DNA of 41,443 nt from Catajapyx aquilonaris (GCA_000934665.2 JYFJ02003449.1:1-41443), one strand, 5' to 3'; positions 1 through 12,350 are shown, numbered from the stretch's first letter. Translations and numbers: made by a program. The notes: generated from the letters alone by a model not told the origin.

Positions 1-789
1 CATGGCTGGCTTACCTGATTACTGCCTGACTTGCGTCTGATCTGCGTCTGCTGCTTCTCTGATTTTCTCTATGACTCGGACCTGCTTTTTATAGTGCTCG
101 GTTTGGGGTGGGGTCCGGTATTTTCACAACTGTATTAATCTGATTCTTGCATCCCGAAATGAGTGTGTCATATTGATGCTGTAAGTTTCTTATCCCTTCC
201 ACCGCGCTTGGACTCTAATGGCTCTTTTTTGTATAGATTACTGGCGCCAGGGAGTCTACTGCTTTATAGATTCCGTGCTGCCTAGCTCATTCTCTAGGTT
301 AATTTAGACGCGTGTTTTCAATAAACTGTAATAATTTTAGGGTTATTAAGTGTGTAATTAAATGCCACCTAATATCGTAATTAAGTCCTTGTTATGCCGT
401 AGGCGGCATGACAAGTCGCTACTGTAATAAATGCTCAAGTAATAAGATAATTAATTAATTAATTATCTCATTTTTTAAAAAAATAAATAAATAAATAATA
501 AAAAAAACACACATTTTGTTCAGTTAACGTTGGGGGTGGGGTGGCCTTGCCTGCCCTCCCCTCCAACGTCACAGGTGCTTGGCGCAGTATAGCCATTGCT
601 GCTGTTGCGCCATTAAACCATTAATCAATCAATCAACCCAGCCAGATTTCTTCTGCAGCACGGAGGTGAGCGGTATGTGTGACTCGAGGCATGTGTGACC
701 AAATGCGTCGGCCACATAAACCAATGCGTGTCTCTTCGGAAGAGCTCACAACACCAAAGTCGTAATAATGAGACACAACAGGCCGCACT

Positions 790-1790
790 TTCCTTAGGAG
801 ATGTTTGGTTGTTTCGATTGCCCTTTCCTCCTGGCCGTTCGACTGGGACACCTTAGATAAAAGGAATTGCAGGTGTAATTAGCCAAAGAGGCCTTACCAC
901 CTGTGGGCAACAAACCAACAATGTCCGGCTCCCAGATCCATACAGTCTGGGGCCGGGGCATACGAAACGTTCCAAGTCAATATTGTCCCAAGGAAGAACC
1001 GGAGCCGAAGCCCCAGGCCCCCGGAACCAGCATTAGCCCAAGCCCCCCTGGGCCAGCGCCCAGGGGGACCATACCTCCTACCCACGCACACCAACAGCCC
1101 AAGAAAACAACCACGAACAATATTATGACTAATCACGGAAAATAAAGAAACGAGAACCCTCTCAGACCCCACAACCGCCCCTCAACCGCAAAAGACAGAC
1201 AACCTCCCGCCCCCCAACAACTAATGTTCCAACAAAATGTCCTCAACCCTCCTATGCTCTCCCGCCAACTCCAATCGCAGCCGACGACATCAATCATGGA
1301 TCGAGGACAGAAACTTGTCAGCCGCCAAACAAAAACGACTAAGTGACGCCCAGTGAAACTGAACCAGGTCGGTCAGTTTACACGGCCAATCCAGCCCCCC
1401 CTTCACCATCGCCTGCATCAGAAGACGGTCGCGGGCCTCAACGATCTCACCCAAATCGCAGTCCCACAACAAGTGGGCCGGAGTCTGTTGACCGCCTCCA
1501 CATTCACATTCCCCAGAAAGGTCCCGCGACCGTCTCCGCCCCAGCAACTGGAACCTCGCAAAATACACATTAAATGGGCCGTGGCCAGAAACTGGGACAA
1601 GAGGAGACTGGTGTGTACAGGTTGGAAATACCACTGTTTTGCAAAAGCTACATATTCCGAACTATTAAAGGGTGGAGCCCCATCCGTCACTACTGTTTGT
1701 GGAATCCCCAGCATGGCAAAGAGTTTCTTCAGCTCTGGGATGAGTGTGGTGGCCCTCAGATTCGGCACTTCCACGACATCCACAAAATAA
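790..1790 (-). pseudogene. Ty3/Gypsy integrase core fragment, split by the insertion at 851-1590
   Basis: LKKLFAMLGIPQTVVTDGAPPFNSSEY...PVHTS (1600-1790) continues as SQSNGQEERAIETTKHLLRK (below 851), the D..E region of LTR integrases. Confidence 0.85.
851..1590 (-). mobile_element. 5'-truncated R1/I-group non-LTR retrotransposon (C-terminal CCHC region plus 3' UTR) with 9-bp TSD
   Basis: SGHGPFNVYFARF...CECG...QTPAHLLWDC zinc knuckle, stop at 1290. ACTGGGACA direct repeat at 842-850 and 1591-1599. Confidence 0.85.
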
Positions 1791-2231
1791 TTTACTCCCG
1801 TCAGAAGTCAAAACGCGTTATATGCACTTTTGGTCAATGTTCAGCCTAACTTTATCATCCTAATCCCAAAAATCAGGCTTCGCTCCAGTTAAAGTTTATT
1901 TAAATTGCATTAGGACTAGCAACTTGTACAATAATAATAATGACAATAATACTAATAATAATACACTACTACTGATATTTGACCTATGGTGTGGGACTTT
2001 TGGGACACTGGTAGATACACTAACCATAACACGTTATGTGACATTCCAAATCTAAAATTTATCTCAGTGAAGAATAGACCACATTGTTAGATTTTCTTTT
2101 GCAGTTTAGAAGTAATGTACCTCTATTACATGCCAGTGCAGTGGGAAATTAGTCAATATTAGCACATTGAGCTAGAAATTATTGTAGTTATCCAGACACA
2201 CAAAAGCTAGGGTTATGGGATACACCAATAC

Positions 2232-2441
2232 CTTGTAAAGAGAAACGGTTGATGTTACCAAATTTTTCAACCAGATCACCAAGGTGGTTTCCCAGAATGT
2301 GGATGTATGGAGTGATGCTCTGTCGATCATATTGCTCCTGGCGGTTTCGTAGTTGCAAATAATTTTGAACCCATGACTTCCAGCAGAATCAATTTCTTTG
2401 GCATTTCCGGATGAAAATTTATCTAAGAGCGCATCCAAGTC
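2232..2441 (-). pseudogene. Exon of a RAG1/Transib/Chapaev-like DDE transposase (one frameshift)
   Basis: An unlisted frame reads KSWVQNYLQL...SITPYIHILGNHLGDLVEKFGNINRFSLQG. Bounded by a cag acceptor and a gt donor. Confidence 0.65.
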
Positions 2442-2719
2442 CTGGGAAGAGAGCAGAGCGTTCATAATTTAACTTGAAGCAAAAAAAAAGAAAGTCTTGT
2501 GGGTGTCAGGGTGCTTACCTATAACCTCAGCTTTCACTGCTGAGGCCGATGCACCGGCCACATTCCAGATAGTAATATCCAAAACTCGCACATTCCCTGC
2601 AGTGATGGAAGGTTCCCCTACACCTCATTCCCTTGGCATGGTCATCCTGTCCGGGCTGGGCAGTGGCGATGACAGAACCTCGTGGCTTTTATGAAAACCT
2701 AGCAACAACAAGCCAACAC

Positions 2720-2850
2720 ATATAGGATATCTTGTTGCAGCACATGCAGCGAGGCTTTTTTGTGTCAGTTGGACATTTTTTAAGCCAACCACGAAATTGC
2801 TCTTCCGACTCCCACTCTGGTCGGTAGCTGCTCACGGACTGTGCTTGTGC
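2720..2850 (-). pseudogene. Zinc-finger fragment of the type at the N-terminus of hAT-like transposases
   Basis: YRPEWE...FRGWL...KPRCMCC motif; the distal ligands are missing. Confidence 0.5.
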
Positions 2851-3053
2851 TAGCAGTTCTTTTTCTTGAGTGGCGAGGTGGAGTGCTGCCCTCTTCACTG
2901 TCTTCAGTATCGCTACCTTGAATGTACATATATATTATTTGCGTGAATGAACCACAATATTGTAATGCTATGCAGAATGAAACAAACTACAAATTACCTG
3001 CATCGCATAAACACGGCCGACATTGTGACTCTCACCCAGTCAGGCACAGGCAG

Positions 3054-3617
3054 TCAGTCACCCTTGTGGCCGGAGCCCGATTCGCGATTCCTTCTTTCCC
3101 TCCACGGCCACCGACCGCCGAGTTGACAAAATGTCCGGACCAACAGGGGGGCCAGGACCACAGTGAAGTGCAACTTCAAGACTAGTTTGAACATCGGGCT
3201 CAGGCAGGAGTGGTATCCACCGCTGACCCCAGTAGGGCCGGGCCGAAGACCCTGCGGCGCACCCGGAACATCATCCAGCAGGCCTCCCCGGCTCACGTCG
3301 AACGCCGGCGCCCCGCTCAACGTGATCCTCTTTCGATGTCCGGCAGGGATGCTCCGAATGTTTCGAGTGACCTCATTCGCAACTACATAGGAATCTAGGT
3401 ATACTATGGCACTTGTGCCCACCCTATTAAATTCCACTGGATTACGGGGCTGGCAGAGGGCAGATTGCAGACAACTCAGCAGCTTGTCCTTCTCCTGACC
3501 CATCGCATCATGGAAGGTGACTTCGTACCACCTATTAGGCGGACGTTCCTGCACCACGGAGCCCGCTTCTGTAGGTGGTTCCTCCTTCAATGCGGCGGCG
3601 CTCCCCTTGGCTGCCAT
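3054..3617 (-). CDS. ORF containing an NXF1/TAP-type RRM (domain about 3318-3533); probably a fragment
   Basis: RWYEVTF...EKDKLLSCLQS...PRNPVEF...TSAIVYLD...A...KRITL aligns without gaps to the NXF1 RRM as I recall it (WFKITI...DKAWLLSMIQS...PFTPIEF...TRAQFFVE...RRISI). Confidence 0.6.
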   Translation of the reverse strand: MAAKGSAAALKEEPPTEAGSVVQERPPNRWYEVTFHDAMGQEKDKLLSCLQSALCQPRNPVEFNRVGTSAIVYLDSYVVANEVTRNIRSIPAGHRKRITLSGAPAFDVSRGGLLDDVPGAPQGLRPGPTGVSGGYHSCLSPMFKLVLKLHFTVVLAPLLVRTFCQLGGRWPWRERRNRESGSGHKGD

Positions 3618-3664
3618 CAGGGCCTTCCGTTGTTTATCTCGGCCTTAGATACGGTGGCAATGCC

Positions 3665-4141
3665 TTACAACAGCCGAGTAGCAGGCGCGAAGTCTTCGCT
3701 GATACCAAAAGGCGTGGCACGCAAGTTCCTCGCATTGGACTTCCGGTGGGCCCTTTCAATCTCGATCGATGCCGGGTCCAAATTCAACTTGTGGGCCCGG
3801 AAAAATTGTCTGGCCTTGTCCTCAGCCTCGGTCCACGTTTCGGTTTCCGCATCAGTTATTCCGAACATAACCAAGTTGTTGCGTCTCGTGTGATTTTCAA
3901 GGGATACCAGTTGCCCCTCCAGCTCGAGCAGCCTGCGGTTCATGGTTTGCTGAATCGACGCCACCGTCTCGATCGAGGCTTGAATCCCGGCGACCTTTTC
4001 TCCCCATTTCTCCTCCATCTTAGCCAAAGCACTATCGAGTTTGCTTGCAATCTTGTTCTCAAGGCTCAGTCCTAAGTTATTCAGCATCTGCTGCATGGAC
4101 TCTGGACTCACCATCTTGACTATGGCTAGCTTTAACACCAC
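3665..4141 (-). pseudogene. LINE ORF1 (L1-type coiled coil plus RRM, CR1/L2-like), internally deleted
   Basis: Coiled coil followed by LENHTRRNNLVMFGI...IERAHR, joined almost directly to ISEDF. Confidence 0.85.
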
Positions 4142-4958
4142 GCGGAGAGGTACACTATACCACCAGACCCTATCAAATCGGCACTGTCAAATCGTGTCCT
4201 GCAAGAGCTCAAGGTTCAGACGTCCTGCCAGAGTGAGAGCGGCGCGTGGTGTGTGCCTTGGCAGGTATTAAACTGAACATGAGTAAGAGCATGTCTGTAC
4301 AGCTCAAAAGCCAGCAGCTGCCTGGGTGAGAAGGTAATAAATGTCAACTGTTTGATTTTTGTACTATATCTACAAACTTAAAAGTAGTGTCAGATTCGTG
4401 ACTTACACGACAAACAATGACGATATTTTAAAGGTGCTTATCTGTATTATGCTGAACCAGTAATTGCACTGCGAAGATAAGCATAAGATATACTCATACA
4501 GTTCCTATGTGTTGTAAGTGTTGTAAATCACAGTTTACCGCATTCAAAACACTAACTCACTCGCTTAAATAAGATGTTTTTAGGGCGCAGCAGAGTCAGG
4601 TAATATTCCACACCAGCGCCATGTTAGAAGACAGTATTGCCAACGGGACAGGATTACTGTACTCAAACAACTCCGTGAGTTCTAGTTCAAGACAGGTTAT
4701 TCCAGTATAAGGAAAGGGACGTAAGGATAGTTCATGGGATCGGGAGGAGGGAGTGACCCGGGGTCCCCCCCCGACATGGGGAGAGGCCCACTGGCCTCGA
4801 GCATGTTCACAGTTCGGGCTTGTAAAGTGTTACTCTCAAAACCGTAGCGAATGCTGGAAAACCGGACATGGTTTACTAATACGTCACTAGTGTTCTATTG
4901 CATGATGGGAAAAGTTGTCAAGGAGAGGCTTGAAGTAGATTATTTATGTGTATGATAT

Positions 4959-5249
4959 TGAGAAGGATGACAGGATGGATTTATGGGATACAAGAATGGG
5001 TGAATAGTTGATGGGAAAAATGACGAAGGTCACATGGGTCTTGTAGTGCCACTGTCTAGCTTCCTGCACTAAAACATTAAACCTTTGCTGTTGTGCTTCT
5101 ACAACACCCTACAAAAGAGTACTCGTTCTCTAGGAGCAAATATTTTCCCTTTTCTGATGTCGTCTTATATTTGCTCTTGGCGATGATTTCGATTGGGGTT
5201 TCCATGGAGTCTGAAATTGTAATGTTCAGGGTGTTCTTCAATGCTTCAT
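4959..5249. repeat. Direct repeat copy 1 (~290 bp)
   Basis: Near-identical to 6172-6459, with scattered substitutions and small indels. Confidence 0.9.
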
Positions 5250-5469
5250 AAATGGATCCCAAAGATCATCGGTGGCTCCCAACTGGTACCTACTGTACTT
5301 GACAATGGGACGGTATTATGCAATAATGCATCAACCCACATGAGAACAGTTTTGAGAAAAGGGGCTTTGAAGGTCATACCTGTGATATTAATTCAGTGTT
5401 CTTTTCGGTCATTTATGGCAGAAGCATGCCGATTTCACCTGCGTCATTTTAACTGAATGAAGTAGGATG

Positions 5470-6160
5470 GCCAGGACCATTGGACGTCCGAGAAAGCTGG
5501 TGATCTCTCCCTCGGACAGGTGAGGCACCGGCTGCCGCAACCCCCCCCCCCCCCCCNCCCCCCCCCTTCCAAGGCTGAAGATGGTGGGCCTGGGACCCAC
5601 AGGCGATCTACCGGAGAGGTGCAGGGTGATGGTCCTTCCGGGCGTTGACCCCAATGGAGATCCTGGCCGCTCCCCGCGCGACCAAGTCCATCCGCTGCTG
5701 GAGTTCCTCCGGGCTGCCACCCAACAGCGTAATGTCATCCGCAAAGGCGAGAACATGGTGTTCGCCCTCACCTGGCTGGATCTCCCACATGACAGGGTCA
5801 ATGGCCAGGTTGAAAGGAACGCTGGACATTGGGTCGCCCTGCCGGATGCCGCAGTCGGTCCCGATGGTGGAGGTAGGCCCCTCAGCAGTAAGGATGATGG
5901 TGGTGGTACCGCCCCGGTGCAAATCCACGGCGACTTAGGTGAGGATGTCCCCCACTCCCGCCGCTCTCAGGGAAGCCTCGATTGCACCGTGCGGCACCGA
6001 GGTGTAGGCTGCAGAGAGGTCCATCCAGCCAATGCAGATGTCTTCCTTCCCGTCCAGGGCCTTGCCCATGGCCTCCTGGAGCACAAAGTTGTGCTCAAGG
6101 ACACCATCGTAAGGGTGGAATCCCTTTTGCCCCAGGTGAAGGGCCTGGTAACTCTCTGAT
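5470..6160 (-). pseudogene. Reverse transcriptase fragment of an RLE-type (NeSL/Utopia/R2-group) non-LTR element
   Basis: QKGFHPYDGVLEHNFVL, WMDLSAAYTSVPH, GIRQGDPMS, LAFADD. Disrupted near 5935. Confidence 0.85.
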
Positions 6161-6171
6161 AATGAGGATAA

Positions 6172-6459
6172 TGAGAAGGATGACATGATGGATTTATGGG
6201 ATTCAAGAACGGGTGAATAGTTGATGGGAAAAATGACGAAGGTCACATGTGTCTTGTAGTGCCACTGTCTAGCTTCCTGCAATAAAACATTAAACCTTTG
6301 CTGTTGTGCTTCTACAACACCCTACAAGAGTACTCGTTCTCTAGGAGCAAATATTTTCCCTTCCCTGATGTCGTCTTATATTTGCTCTTGGCGATGATTT
6401 CGATTGGGGTTTCCATGGCGTCTGTAATCGTAATGTTCAGGATGCTCACAATGCTTCAT
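6172..6459. repeat. Direct repeat copy 2 (~290 bp)
   Basis: Near-identical to 4959-5249. Confidence 0.9.
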
Positions 6460-7059
6460 CGATGACAAAGCTTCTGCGACTGCAGACACTTTTAAGCTGC
6501 GGCAATGTCCTACACTTCGACACTTTTGCCTCACATTCAACTATGGTTAGTGATAAATCTTCTTTTATTGAGGAAAGTTCTCCCTCCATGATGTGAACAA
6601 CCCCTAAACTTCACTGAATTTAAGGGCAAGCCTCTCGAGCAATTATGATATGCAGGCACTCATGAGGAATGCACTTGGCACTGACATTTCCCACACTGTC
6701 CTTCCTGAAAACTTTCCTGACCACCCGCACTCCACTTTTCATCTTCAAAGGAAAGTTCACCTTCCTACTGTCCCCAAGTGAACTGTACACAATAAACCAC
6801 TTCTCGGGAAGAGGTGGGTCTTCGAAGTATTTTTCTTCTAGCCCAGGCATTATAAGCAAATTTTAAGGCGCACCTTGAAATAAATAAGGTAGTATTGATT
6901 TTTGGCACAAATGTACCTTGGTAGGCTACCATAGGAGCTACCTCACAAAAGTCCCCGCCTCTGAGGCGTCGTCGGCGTCGTAGTTTTTTTTGTGCAACAA
7001 GTGCGTAAGTCACAAAATCACAGGAATACCTGCCTTACGCTTTCTATCGTTATCTGACC

Positions 7060-7460
7060 TGTTTCTCCATGGGCATTTCTGTGCATGGCGCCATAAGTCG
7101 GATTTCATAAAAAAGCCCCGACAGGATGGACAAGGCCCATACTTTGAGAGGTCTTCTTAATGTCCAGTACTTGGGCGCCGGACAGGAATGAGCGTGCCTG
7201 AGTGCCTTTTCAAGACGATTTGATTGTGGTGAAAATCCCGCGTTCGTGTCACCTTGTCCAATAAGTGTTTTCTCTTGCGACTGCCTTAAGGCAGTGCAAG
7301 GATATGGGCCACTTCAATTTCTTGGTCATGAACCACCTCTAAATGACCTGAAATTTTCGAAACCAGTTTTCCGCAGTAGGAACACGAGTGCCTCTTATCC
7401 CACACCCCTTTCCCACGGGCATTCTTTTTGGATGTCGAAATGGTCACGGTGTGTAGGGAA
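7060..7460 (-). pseudogene. N-terminal C2H2-like region of a metazoan tyrosine-recombinase-like transposon protein
   Basis: KRHSCSYCGKLVSKISGHLEVVHDQEIEVAHILALP, then after disablements YGPCPSCRGFFMKSDLWRHAQKC. Appears to be the same family type as 17604-18640. Confidence 0.6.
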
Positions 7461-7908
7461 TGAACAGATGACTCTTCACGAATTTCATTAACCTGGTGCG
7501 TCTTCGATGAATCATCCGTTGAGGATTCACTGGGCGAACGGTATTCAATGCCACTGTCTGAAAGGTCTTCATCTGCGGAAGTTCCCTTGTCAGAACTCTC
7601 ATCTCCCTGATGCAATGGTTTTTTTAGCCTACAAATTGATGAGATTATTATAATTATATTCGGTTTCTGCTGGGTATCATACAAAACCTGGCAAACTGTA
7701 GTTCTAAAAATAATCATAAACTCTCGTGCCGTTGTCATCCGGAATGTAGTACGGATCTCTGTAATGTCTAAGCGAAACCGTAGCCACGGGGGTGACAGGT
7801 CCGCCAGATGACACGGGGCCAAGGCCGCGCCCTGCTCCAACAGCTGCAGGTGGCGCTGTCTCACCTCGTAGGCTGCGCCCGCCGACAGCAGTGGGTGGAT
7901 AGGGATCT

Positions 7909-8186
7909 ATTATTGGTTACAATATTCGTGGTTGTTTCTTGGGCTGTTGGTGTGCGTGGGTAGGAGGTTTGGTCCCCCTGGGCGCTGGCCCAGGGGGGCT
8001 TGGGCTAATGCTGGTTCCGGGGGTCTGGGGCTTCGGCTCCGGTTCTTCCTTGGGACAATATTGACTGTTCCAAGTCAATATGCCCCGGCCCCAGACTGTA
8101 TGGATCTGGGAGCCGGACATTGTTGGATTGTTGCCCACAGGTGGTAAGGCCTCTTTGGCTAATTACACCTGCAATTCTTTTATCTA
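7909..8186 (+). mobile_element. Second, shorter copy of the R1-like 3' UTR
   Basis: Reverse complement of about 854-1133. Same 3' end (...CTTTTATCTA), different 5' truncation. Confidence 0.85.
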
Positions 8187-9900
8187 GGGCCACCTCCATC
8201 GCCTCCCTTTGGGCCGCCGACCGGCACGCGACCCGGTAGCCAGTTCCGTCCATCGCGATGGCCCGAAAGCCGCCTTCCAGGACCTGGCTGGGCAACGCGG
8301 TCCGCAGCGCCTCCGTCGCATCCACCACAGTCGCGGCTTCCGCTATGGAGACGGTGCAAACGTGCCCCTGGCTGGGAGTTGGGAGCTCTGGGAAGGCCTC
8401 CTCCAGGGAGGGGACCTGCGCCAGCGCGCGCTCCTCGTATGGGGGTGGCGGCGTCGATGGGTCCGCCGCCACCTTCAGCAGGGGGCCCCTACTCGGTGCC
8501 GCCTTCTTCGCCTTCTTGGGGGGGCCAGCCCCGGCGGCCACCACGNAACCGCGGCGTACGAGGACCCTGGCGCATCGGGCACTCGCCCGCCGCATCCGCC
8601 CTCGCCCGCCGCATCCGCCCTCGCCCGCCACAAGTGCAGCCTTGGTCCCGCCGGCCGCCTTCGCCTTCTCCGACAGGAGCCGACGCGCCTTCTCTCTCTC
8701 GAGGGCCACCTCCGCCTTGGCCCGCTCGGCCTCCGCCTTGGCCACCCTCGTTTCTCCGGCCCCGAGCTCCTGCGCCCGTTCCAGCCGTTCGTTACGGCAG
8801 GCCAGCAGCGTGCCCAGCTCCCTGATCCGGGCCACCGCCGCCCGCACGTCGACCTGGTCCCCCTTCGTCACGGAGATCTTGCTCGCGCTCTCCCTGGATA
8901 CCGCAGCGAGGATGATCTCCAAGCTTTGGTTCTAACCCAAGAGAGTCGCGGCAAGATCCCGCCCCTCCTTGTCAGCCCCGGGGGACCCTGCGCCCCCCTG
9001 GGTATCGGGTGATACCGCCCGCATTGGCGAGTGGCCCGCAGGCCCCGCTCCCCGACCGCGGCTCTTCGACCGGGTCCCGTGTCCGGCCGTCTGGGCCTTC
9101 GTGTCCGCTCTCCGTGGTCGTCGCGCCTCACTCTCGGACCCAGTCTCACTCCCGTCCGACGACACGCACGACTCACCGTCCGCATCGCCCCCCAACGGGG
9201 GTCCCGCGGCACCCGCTGCGGTCTGCTCCGCTGCGTCCTCCGAACCACTGGACACGTCACTGTCACCTCAACCACGGCACCTTTGGCGGCACTCCGTACT
9301 GGACACCGTCGCTCGCACACCACCGAATCAGCGTTCTTGTCGCCCTCCTCACCCTCGGTGGCGTCGAGCAGCCGCTTCTCCTCCCGCAACTGCAACCGCA
9401 GCGCCCTGGCCGCCTCCAGCTCGGCGTCCGCTTCCTCGGCTGCCTTCATGGCCCTCTTCACCTTCGCCGCCCGCTTCCTGAGGCTAAACTCATAGTCTGA
9501 CTCTTCGTTCTTTTGGCGCATGGTGAACTCCTGCAACGACAGTATGTAAGTATTTTTGCTCCAAAATTGGCCCTTGCAGGACCGCGCACAGGCCTCCGAT
9601 CTCCTTACTGCCCGTGGAGAACTCCCTAGTCTGTCAAGAGCGCGGGGCCACTCAAAATGACCCGGCAGATCCCAGACGGGGATCTGGTACCGGCACACAC
9701 CTGCGCGCTGTCACTACAGTACAATGGGCCACTGCTGAAAGGGAACCATTCCCAGTGCGCGAGACACCCAGCAAGGGTACCCTAAGGGTGCCCGGCGCAC
9801 TTTCGAGAGTAGCCGCGACAAGCACGGAACCAGCTCCCCACCCGGATGTTCCCTAGGAAACCCGGACCCCGTCTAAGCTCAGAACGAGGTCCAAGAAACC
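8187..9900 (-). pseudogene. GC-rich LINE 5' region and gag-like ORF1 (R1-like), frameshifted
   Basis: Overlapping charged and coiled-coil ORFs (8005-8922, 8932-9255, 8868-9698). No zinc knuckle survives, so the family call is tentative. Confidence 0.55.
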
Positions 9901-11289
9901 CGCTTCGTGATAGATGAGAATGATAATAATGAAGTGAAAACAGCATATCATATAATTGATGTGTGTGATAAAATAATATGCTCAAGACAATAATTCATAA
10001 CTTCCTCTGTCTGTGACAGAATTGTGCCTATAACATTACCATTAAAATGTATCAACATGTAGTCAGATTACAATTTTTATCTTGATGTACCTTTGGATCA
10101 CTTTAGAAACACAATTACTTCTATAAAAAAAAAAAGTGCTTACTTACAACTTTTGGAGAGCACTGTTGGCATCCAGTTCAATTTGGGCAGTGCTGGGCTG
10201 CTGGCCCCTTTCTGAATCACTTCAGTCATTGAACTTCTGGACTTGTCTGCTCTACCGCGCATTCTCAGGCGAGCCACCTTTCTTCTAAGCGACACTCGAT
10301 GCATGAACACACTCTGAAGAAGGAGAAAGAGGAGGGGAATGATGGCGAAGATCAACATTACTTCCTGAACAACAAGTGTTTCGTTGAAACATAGCCATGC
10401 ACACTTGTCATTTGTAATCTTGGTACCTCGCTTTGGGGTGTCCCAAAGAAGGTCCGGGTATTTCAGCTTCATGAAAGCTGCCGAAGCGGTCTTCAAACTA
10501 CACCACTAGATCAAGTTTGTTAGTGATGTTTGACTTCAACTTTGCCAGAAGGTCTTGGATATCTGCGATCGTGGCCATCTTTCCGCCTTCTGCTGAGCCC
10601 GGTAGTGGGGGAACTGCAAGTGGCCATGTGTCCTCGGCTCGACTGCTGTCAGTATTATTTTCTCAATACAAACAAAATATTTTGCCTAATATCTCCCGCC
10701 CATTTACTTGATGTGTATGACACACACCGGATGAGCAAATAAAAACAATGCGGGTCCATGCTCCTGTATAGACGGATAGTGATAAAAATACCTCAAAATT
10801 ATCGCTCGACAAGAACTTACTTCCTGGACATGACAACTGCATGTGTACCTGACATCAAGAGCTAATGGTGACATCCACCCCCAGTCTGCCAACTGTAATG
10901 AAGCTGGGCTGAGCAAGGGCTCCCCAGATATGTATCCAGTGAGTGGGAGCCCAGCCAAAAAAGTTGAGTTAAAGCAGGTTAAAGTTAGCCCCCCTTTTGC
11001 CAGGAGTGGTTTCGCTCCTCCTCCCTTTGTGCCAAGGGGATGAAGGAAGCTACTTATTGTTTCAGCAGATAGGAAGAGGAAGATGGGCGTAGGTGGTCGT
11101 CCATTCTAACTACGTGGTTCTGGCCAATGGAGTTCGTGTACCAATACTCGGGCTAGGTGAGTCACAATACATGACAGCTTCATGTAAAATATGAAGAGCA
11201 TTATTATATATTACAAGAAACACAGAGCATGTCAACAGATATCAATTATATTTCCACGCCAATAAATTTGGGCTCACACAATGAGTTAA

Positions 11290-12200
11290 ACAGATTGCAC
11301 GGGATTCAGGGGACTCCGACCAGCCTCCGACTCTGTCGTCGTCTCGGGTTTCAAACGCAATGTAGGGTACTCCTTTGTAGCATTCATTACCAGTATGTTG
11401 CACAATCCCACAACAACAACGTGGTACCATGTGATATCTCCTAATTTACCTTCGTTAACCAATCGCCAAAACACTTTGGAGTCTTTCTTTTGACTTAGTA
11501 AATCTATTCTGCTCAAATTGTAGGCCTTAGCCTTTGCTTTTTTTAAATTTTAAAAGCACGATTGGCTCGTGTATAACTAACAAGGTTCTCATCAGTGGGG
11601 AACTTCTGTCATTCCGTTTACACAATGTTAGATGCTTAGTTTCCTGCACCTCTACGTCGTACCATGGGGCTCTGTGAGCCCTCACATGATTTGAATTGAG
11701 GGTTTTAACCACTATTAACAGACCCTCTTCTTTCAACAGCTCCGTTAGTTTAGATGAAGCCTGAGCAGTCCTCATATCGAGAAAAATTTGACTATCGGTC
11801 AATACAAGGTCATCTTGTTCCAATAGGGACCATGTATCAATTACATTTGCGAGATGATCTAGGGGAGAGTCTATCTTGATTAGTTTGAATCGGTCGGGGG
11901 AGTGAGATGTAGGCTCAAGAAAGTCATCCCCGGGGGTTAGTATAGTAAGCAGTACCGGCAAATGATCCGAACCTAACATACCTCGAAATCTATCGCCATC
12001 CATATACAGGGCAGCGTTTAAAACACTCCCTATATCGCTCACTGATCTGCCCAGGTGAGACGCAAAAGTGAACTCACCCTGAATGTCCGACCTTGTAGTA
12101 CCATTTATCACAACCTGGGCATTTTCGTTACAGAAGTCCCAGGACTGCTTGCCTGTAGTGTTCAAAATCTTATCTCTTGAGTTGCGAGTAACTGAGCCCT
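11290..12200 (-). pseudogene. LINE ORF2 fragment (end of APE endonuclease plus linker)
   Basis: VINGTTRSDIQGEFTF...GSDHLPV, PWYD, KDSKVFWRLVNEGK. Homologous to 29535-30920 (LDHLA.(V/L)IDTWSLL). Confidence 0.85.
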
Positions 12201-12350
12201 CACTGTTTTTTCTGGATTCAGAATCACTCGCCTTGCCACAGTCTCCCTTGCTCGGTGCTGATGAGGGACTCGGGAACAGTTGATGCAACCGCTCCCACAC
12301 CCGCTCCCTCGCTTCTTCTCTCTGGGGATCAGCCTGGAACAGTGCCGGTG

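Noticed and set aside
4959..6459. LTR pair
   Set aside because: No TG...CA ends, PBS or PPT, and the enclosed RT is non-LTR type.
8209..9500. Many long overlapping plus-strand ORFs
   Set aside because: They are shadow ORFs of GC-rich LINE ORF1 sequence.
10800..10960. Second Academ C-terminal fragment (GYISG...ADWGW...CSC)
   Set aside because: Too short and degenerate to support.
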